NCBI GenBank assembly: GCA_038880755.1
Contig: JAVZRC010000005.1
Coordinates: 1-51,556, forward strand
DNA length: 51,556 nucleotides
Source of the DNA: Candidatus Micrarchaeia archaeon
Lineage (GTDB): Archaea > Micrarchaeota > Micrarchaeia > CABMEP01
Direction: 5' to 3'
Part shown: positions 45,906 to 51,556 of the stretch, one piece after another
Numbering within the stretch: the stretch's first letter is position 1
Layout of the letters: each line of letters begins with the position of its first letter
Position numbers and translations under genes: made by a program
The notes under the pieces: model-generated
Database searches by the model: none
The model's input: only the letters and a program-made list of their open reading frames with translations
What the model was told of the DNA's origin: nothing

Positions 45906-47807
45906 TTATTTCAATCTAATTGAATCCAAATCCATAGGAGCTCTTGCTTCTATTCCTATTGATCTTGAAATTGAGTTGGCGAATTCCTCACATTTCTTAG
46001 GTTCCCCATGATCGATTATTACTAAAGATGGCTTTGGCTTCATGGCTTTTATATAATTCATAAGTTGTCTTCTATCACTATGTCCGCTGAACCCTTCTGC
46101 TGTTTCGACTCTTAATTTAACTTGAATAGTTTCTAGCCTACCGTCTTCCCCTACAACAGCTACTTCTTTTTCTCCTTTCTGTATCTTTCTTCCTAATGAA
46201 TAATTAGTGTTAAAACCAACAAATATTATAGCGTTTTTAGGATCTCCTGCAAGTGCTTTAAAGTATTCAACAGAAGGTCCACCTGTCATCATTCCAGATG
46301 GTGCAAGAATTACGCAAGGTTCTCCTTCTATTATTTCTTGTCTATTTCCTTTTACTACTTCAAAAATTGGTGATTCAAATGGGCTCTTTCCACTTAAAAT
46401 CATTCTTTGTAAACTGTCCTTTAAATATTCTGGATAAACAGTATGAATTGCTGATGCTTCAAGAATCATTCCATCTATATATACTTTAAAGTTTGCCTTA
46501 TCTGGATTTCTTCTTGCAAATTCTTCAAATACAAGCATTATATCTTGAGATCTTCCTACTGAGAAAACAGGTATTAATACCTTTCCTCCTTTTGCTAAAG
46601 TTTCTGTAGTGATTTTTATTACTTTTTCCTCTGCTTGGGGTCTTGGATGATGGAAATCGTCTTTTCCTCCATAAGTGCTTTCTAAAATTAATGTTTCGAC
46701 TCTGGGAAATGTATTAACTGCTGGATTTAGAAGTTTTGTATGGCTGAATTTTATATCTCCACTATAAACTAAATTATGTAACCCATCACTTATATGTAAA
46801 TGTACTATCGAACTTCCTAAAATATGGCCGGAATTGTGTAGTGTAAGTTTTATTTCAGGACTAATATCAGTCACTTCTCCAAAATCTCTTGTTATACAAT
46901 GTAAAAGTGCTTTTCTTACGTCTTTTTCTTCATAAAGAGGAGTAAGACCTTGTTTTTTCATTACTTTAATGTAATCGAATGTTAATAAAGCCATTAGATC
47001 TCTGCTTGGGGGAGTACAATAAATTGGACCATCGTAACCCATTGCAAAGAAATAAGGAATAAAGCCACAATGATCTAAATGACTGTGGGACAAAATGATT
47101 GCATTTATTTCATCAAATGGAATGTTTAATGTAGATACATAAGGATAGAAATCCTTTGCTGTATCTGTTGCTTCGAATTTCAAACCAGCATCTAAAACTA
47201 TTTTATCATTTGATGTCTCTAAAAAGATGCACGATCTTCCAACCTCTTTGAAACCACCTAATGCAGTTATTTTAATCCATGATGTTTTTTCTGTATTTGA
47301 AAATATTCTTTTTCCTGTTTTTAAAAGGAATTTCTTTCTTACTTCAGCTTCCTTAAGCATTGTTGATCTTATACTTTTAACTATTTCTGAAGGGAGTGTT
47401 GGTGTTCTCAAAACTTTTGGTGCCCACCCAGTTGATTTTATTATTTCTTTTAATGTGGATCCACCTTTACCTATAACAAGGCCTGGTTTGTATGCTTCTA
47501 TCCATACTTCATGAAACTCTGGTGAGAATCTTATTTCATTCACTCCAGCTTCTGGTTGTATTAATTTCGTGATTGTTTCTTTCGCCTCTTCTGGCTTCAT
47601 TAAGAGATTTGATGCTGCCCTTATAATTACTTTTTTCTTTAGAGCGTTCGCTATGTCTTTAACTGGATTGTCGAAGGCGTAAAATTTCTCTATATTATCT
47701 ATATAGAGAATTATATCTGGGCCTTCTGCCTCTATTTTTGATATTGAACAACCAGTTGGAATAAACTGTTCTATCTTTTTTGATATTTCAGAAAGTAAGC
47801 TCTGCAT
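45906..47807 (-). CDS. fttA: beta-CASP ribonuclease aCPSF1 (FttA) with N-terminal KH domains
   Basis: GLVIGKGG KH motif, GGFKEVGRSC, SHSHLDH, GHILGS, ESTYG, GFSGHSD, HGE. Confidence 0.95.
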   Translation of the reverse strand: MQSLLSEISKKIEQFIPTGCSISKIEAEGPDIILYIDNIEKFYAFDNPVKDIANALKKKVIIRAASNLLMKPEEAKETITKLIQPEAGVNEIRFSPEFHEVWIEAYKPGLVIGKGGSTLKEIIKSTGWAPKVLRTPTLPSEIVKSIRSTMLKEAEVRKKFLLKTGKRIFSNTEKTSWIKITALGGFKEVGRSCIFLETSNDKIVLDAGLKFEATDTAKDFYPYVSTLNIPFDEINAIILSHSHLDHCGFIPYFFAMGYDGPIYCTPPSRDLMALLTFDYIKVMKKQGLTPLYEEKDVRKALLHCITRDFGEVTDISPEIKLTLHNSGHILGSSIVHLHISDGLHNLVYSGDIKFSHTKLLNPAVNTFPRVETLILESTYGGKDDFHHPRPQAEEKVIKITTETLAKGGKVLIPVFSVGRSQDIMLVFEEFARRNPDKANFKVYIDGMILEASAIHTVYPEYLKDSLQRMILSGKSPFESPIFEVVKGNRQEIIEGEPCVILAPSGMMTGGPSVEYFKALAGDPKNAIIFVGFNTNYSLGRKIQKGEKEVAVVGEDGRLETIQVKLRVETAEGFSGHSDRRQLMNYIKAMKPKPSLVIIDHGEPKKCEEFANSISRSIGIEARAPMDLDSIRLK

Positions 47808-47847
47808 TTTTCACACTTTAGAAAAGTTAAATGATAGAATAAAATAA

Positions 47848-48501
47848 TTAATATTTTTTCTTCTTTTCTTTTGATTTTTCTAATATTCTTTCAACCTCTT
47901 CTGGTTTATATTTTCTTATTCCATCTTTTGTTATTGCCACAATATCTATTCCACCACCTGACGCTGTGTCTCTTTTCTTTGCTGCGTTTATTGCCCTTGC
48001 TACGATCGGTATTGCTTCGTTTATTGTTGTTTTTTCATAGATATCATCTAAAACTGCTTGTGCTGAAAACCAGCCGCTACCACCATAAGCTGTATGATCC
48101 TTAACAGGAGTTACAGAACCGGACGGATCTAAAGTATATAGCTTTGGAGTTCCATCCTTTTCTACCCCACCTATTATTATAGCTACATAAAAAGGCATGA
48201 ATTTATACTGATATAATAAATTCTGTAAAAATGATACTGCTGCATCAACAGATATAGGCCTTCCTTCTCTTATTCGGAAGAGTCTAAACTCAACTGATAA
48301 AATTCTATCTAATGCCTCAAGATCCCCCGCTAATCCTGCTGCAGCAAATGCAATATGTTTTTCAGGTGTCCTTACTTTTTCTATATCTTCAGATATTACT
48401 ACCATCCCACCTGCAGTAACTCTTTTTTCTGCCGCTATAATTATACCATCGGTACACACTACACCTACTGTGGTTGTACCTGTTTTAATATTAGTGTCCA
48501 A
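47848..48501 (-). CDS. psmB: proteasome subunit beta
   Basis: Propeptide cleavage KTG|TTTVG, AAEKR, GSG, RDTASGG. Confidence 0.95.
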   Translation of the reverse strand: MDTNIKTGTTTVGVVCTDGIIIAAEKRVTAGGMVVISEDIEKVRTPEKHIAFAAAGLAGDLEALDRILSVEFRLFRIREGRPISVDAAVSFLQNLLYQYKFMPFYVAIIIGGVEKDGTPKLYTLDPSGSVTPVKDHTAYGGSGWFSAQAVLDDIYEKTTINEAIPIVARAINAAKKRDTASGGGIDIVAITKDGIRKYKPEEVERILEKSKEKKKKY

Positions 48502-48635
48502 TTAATCACCAAAAGATAGTTTAAAATCGAAAAATATAGTTTTTAGTCGCCTAATTAAATTAGCTTTATTATAATATAAACAGTAGTATATATAAATTTA
48601 ACGTTAAGAAAGATTTAGTACAAAAACGGGATAAG

Positions 48636-48959
48636 ATGAAGAGAATAATAGTAAATAAATATAAAATATTAAGCAAGGATAATGAAAAACTAAAAGGACT
48701 TATGTTCTTAGATTCTGTAAAGGAAAGGATGGTTTTTAATTTTGATTCCGATGTTGATTATTCATTTCACTCGTTTTTTTGTCCTAAATTTGATATCATT
48801 TTCTTAGATAAAAATTGGATTGTTAAAAAATATTTTGAAATAAAATCTTGGAAGGTTATAAAGCCTGGAATAAAATACAGATATGTTATAGAAGCTGAAT
48901 CTGGTTTTATAAGGAAAAATAAAATAAAAATAGGAGATAAAATAATCTTAGATAATTAA
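48636..48959 (+). CDS. DUF192 family protein
   Basis: KGLMF, DIIFLD, YVIE, IKIGDKI motifs. Confidence 0.8.
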   Translation: MKRIIVNKYKILSKDNEKLKGLMFLDSVKERMVFNFDSDVDYSFHSFFCPKFDIIFLDKNWIVKKYFEIKSWKVIKPGIKYRYVIEAESGFIRKNKIKIGDKIILDN

Positions 48960-50167
48960 CGTTTGCCTTCTTTACCTGCCGTTATTCTTAAAGTGCCACC
49001 TATCTCCTTTATTGTAATATCTACATTTTTTGAATTTTCAAATAATGTGCGAATTTGATCTAATGAATAATTTCTTATAGCAGCTATGTTTGCTTGTATT
49101 GCTTCTTCGGAATAGTCTTTTGTTATGTTCTCTTCGAATTGCTTTCTAAATGCTTCTATATTTATTTCATAATAAGCAAGTCTTATTGGATGGTCTTCTT
49201 CTGGTTTTCTCCCACTTTCTAATTTTTGATATAATGATTTCGATAGTTGTTTTTGTTTTATGAATTGATTTACTCTCCTAAACTCTGCTTCTAATTCAGA
49301 AAGTAAATTATATATTGAATCATTTTCCGAAACGAACAAAAATGAAGAATTACCCAAATATGATAAGAATATTTTTTCACTGAAATCATTTATTTTATCT
49401 TGTGCCATCTGTGAAATTAATCTAATGAGTTTCATCTTTCCTTTTTCACCATGAAGTTCTTCATATTGATCTAATCCTTCTATTTCTAATTTTATAAATT
49501 TACTATTCTCCTCTTTTAAATACATGCTAATGTTTTTGATTAAACGTTCTACATCTGGTAAATCAACTAAAGGATCAAAAAGTTCACCGCTTTTATTTAG
49601 AAATATATTGACTAGAGCACGAAGTTCCATAGGGTCGAATGGTTTTTTGATATAGTAATCTGCACCGTACTGAATCCCAAAAAATCTATTTACAGTCGCA
49701 TCTGCAGCTGAAACTATTACGATTATTGTGTTCTTTGTCTCTGGATTTGATTTTACTTTCTTACAGATTTCTAATCCATCTACACCTGGCAACATTAAAT
49801 CTAATATAAGAAGATCTGGTTTGAATATATTAATTTCTTTCAATCCTTCGATGCCGTCATAAGCTGATTTTATTTCATATTTTTCTCCTTCTAAAGTAAG
49901 GCGTATTAGGTTGTTTATATCTTTATCATCTTCTATAATTAATATTTTTTTAGGTTTTTGAGTTTCAAGAACGTACCAGAAATCGAATTGACCGATGTTT
50001 CTGGCTTCGAGTTTTTCTTTAGCTTTTAATCTTACTAAAGCCCCTTTAACCTCTTCTGGCGTAACGTTTGAGAACTCTTTTATAATTTCGTTAGTTTCCA
50101 TAGCTTTATCTCTAGCTTTAAGAAAAGTAAGAATATCCTGTTCGAGTCTTAAATCATCTATTTCCAT
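48956..50167 (-). CDS. response regulator: N-terminal winged-HTH, receiver domain, degenerate GGDEF-like domain
   Basis: REC with ILIIEDD, PDLLILDLMLPGVDG, IVSA, ADYYIKKPF; then DPLVDLPD...EIEGLDQYEELHG...YLGNSSF. Confidence 0.8.
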   Translation of the reverse strand: MEIDDLRLEQDILTFLKARDKAMETNEIIKEFSNVTPEEVKGALVRLKAKEKLEARNIGQFDFWYVLETQKPKKILIIEDDKDINNLIRLTLEGEKYEIKSAYDGIEGLKEINIFKPDLLILDLMLPGVDGLEICKKVKSNPETKNTIIVIVSAADATVNRFFGIQYGADYYIKKPFDPMELRALVNIFLNKSGELFDPLVDLPDVERLIKNISMYLKEENSKFIKLEIEGLDQYEELHGEKGKMKLIRLISQMAQDKINDFSEKIFLSYLGNSSFLFVSENDSIYNLLSELEAEFRRVNQFIKQKQLSKSLYQKLESGRKPEEDHPIRLAYYEINIEAFRKQFEENITKDYSEEAIQANIAAIRNYSLDQIRTLFENSKNVDITIKEIGGTLRITAGKEGKR

Positions 50168-50223
50168 AATATCTAATATACTTTAGTATAAAAGAATTAA
50201 AAACTTATTATTGAAATTATATT

Positions 50224-51556
50224 ATGGCAGATGAAACTAATCACAAGGAAATACAAACAAAAATAATAGAAATAACAGACACCAATATTGAAGAGAACAA
50301 TATGATAAATCAATCAACTCAATTGAATAGTAAAAAAACAAGTAAAAATTTACATCTTGTTAATGATTCTCTTTATTTACTTTTTAAAAACTTAGATTCT
50401 CCTGCCGTTATAGTTGACGAAAAGAAAAATATTATCTCAATAAATGATAAATTTACTGAAGTAACAGATATTCAACTTGATGAAATTAGTGGTAAAAAAC
50501 TAAACTCTATGATTAAAAACAATTTTTTAATTTCTAAAAATAGGAAAATTGAAATAGAAACTAAAGAATTAAATTTAGGTCTTACAACAGTTGTGATTAT
50601 TAAAGAAATATCTAAAGAAAAAGAGTTGGAAAAAATAAGAAAGAGGTTAAATATATTAGAAAATATTGATGAGATTGTGATTGAGATTAAAAAAAATGGA
50701 AAAATAGTTTCTTTTAATCCACAAACAACAACATTAATTCCTAATATAGCTAAAGATTCTAATATTAAAGATTTTATTAAGATAAATAAATTCAATAGTA
50801 AAATTAATGAAATATCATATAAAAAAAATACTGCTGAAAGTGAAGGTATTATATTAGGTGAAAACCCAATACCTGTTTTTGTGAAGATATTTCAATTAGA
50901 TTCAAATTTTATAATTATTCTAAAAAATAAAAGCGAACAGGTTAAATTGAATGAAGAGATACGTGTTGTTAGAGAGCAGTATGAACAATTAGTAAATAAT
51001 ACTACAGATATAATTTGTATAATTGATAAAAATGGAAAATTCAAATTTGTGAATAGACAATTCGAAAAACAATTAGGTTATAAAGAACCTTATCCTTCTA
51101 TATTTGAAATAATTCATCCTGAAGATATGCCTGAATTTGTTAGAACACTTACCGAAGCAGAAAAACAAAGAAAAGGTTTCCAAGATAAAGAATTTAGAAT
51201 TTATAATAATAAAAAGAAAATGTTTTATTTTTCAGTTAGTGCTTTACCTTTAATACATGAAAACTCATCTACTGAATATAGTATGACTTTTAGGAATATT
51301 ACAGAGAAAAAGAAAAATGAAGATGAAACTATTAGAGAAAGGGAAAAATTAAAAGAAGACTATAAACGACTTTCTGAAATCAATAGAATGAAAACAGAAT
51401 TCGTAAGTATGGTTTCACATGATCTAAAAACACCTCTTACTAACATACAAGGTTATGCTTCTTTATTGAGAAATAAAGTATTAGGGCCGAATACCCAAAA
51501 ACAACAAGAAGCTGCTGAAATAATTGATAAAGAGGCTAAAAGGTTAGCTAAATTAA
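50224..51556 (+). CDS. multi-PAS sensor histidine kinase, truncated by the right edge; not in ORF track
   Basis: Open frame from ATG 50224 to the window end by manual translation; PAS motifs (IDKNGKFKFVNRQF, IIHPED); H-box EFVSMVSHDLKTPLTNIQGY with His at 51418-51420. Confidence 0.92.
   Translation, partial: MADETNHKEIQTKIIEITDTNIEENNMINQSTQLNSKKTSKNLHLVNDSLYLLFKNLDSPAVIVDEKKNIISINDKFTEVTDIQLDEISGKKLNSMIKNNFLISKNRKIEIETKELNLGLTTVVIIKEISKEKELEKIRKRLNILENIDEIVIEIKKNGKIVSFNPQTTTLIPNIAKDSNIKDFIKINKFNSKINEISYKKNTAESEGIILGENPIPVFVKIFQLDSNFIIILKNKSEQVKLNEEIRVVREQYEQLVNNTTDIICIIDKNGKFKFVNRQFEKQLGYKEPYPSIFEIIHPEDMPEFVRTLTEAEKQRKGFQDKEFRIYNNKKKMFYFSVSALPLIHENSSTEYSMTFRNITEKKKNEDETIREREKLKEDYKRLSEINRMKTEFVSMVSHDLKTPLTNIQGYASLLRNKVLGPNTQKQQEAAEIIDKEAKRLAKL

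Noticed and set aside
45840-48501. psmB-aCPSF1 adjacency as a novelty
   Set aside because: This is a well-known conserved archaeal gene neighbourhood.
48956-49580. Active diguanylate cyclase
   Set aside because: The signature reads GNSSF instead of GG(D/E)EF and the metal-binding Asp residues are altered; reported only as degenerate.
197-50795. Many short ORFs in the track overlapping longer genes, mostly antisense (e.g. 3928-4278, 8784-9164, 22195-22680, 24595-25137, 29967-30512, 31331-31834)
   Set aside because: Shadow ORFs of well-supported genes; Phe/Ser/Ile-rich composition is expected from reverse-complemented Lys/Glu-rich coding DNA; no motifs.
1-51556. CRISPR array, rRNA, IS elements
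   Set aside because: No regularly spaced 25-40-bp repeats, no long GC-rich RNA gene and no transposase motifs found by eye.

Overview
Archaeal chromosomal window, AT-rich, with GGTGA/GGAGG-type Shine-Dalgarno sites. It is most likely DPANN, probably Micrarchaeota, inferred mainly from a ~380-aa three-unit (epsilon2-like) tRNA splicing endonuclease. Most of the window is housekeeping: PolB, SRP54, MetAP, GDH, proteasome beta with aCPSF1, Tyw1, TruD, TrmI, RtcA, UppS, a P-type ATPase, Hsp20/HtpX and three tRNAs, one with a 66-nt intron. Two genes cut by the window edges are missing from the ORF track: ppsA at the left and a PAS histidine kinase at the right. The standout is an ~11.9-kb minus-strand locus (6074-17954) of six tandem, highly diverged paralogous polytopic membrane proteins with interchangeable extracellular inserts, one a 20-Cys repeat module. 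They are followed by a bitopic membrane protein and a large lipoprotein with possibly degenerate glycoside-hydrolase and lytic-transglycosylase-like regions. I read this, as an inference, as a candidate CedA/VirB6-like cell-contact or transfer apparatus. Also notable: a wHTH-REC-degenerate GGDEF response regulator, a GC-rich structured element upstream of rtcA, and dispersed type IV pilus genes. No CRISPR array, rRNA, integrase or transposase was recognised. All family assignments come from motif recognition by eye; no searches were run.
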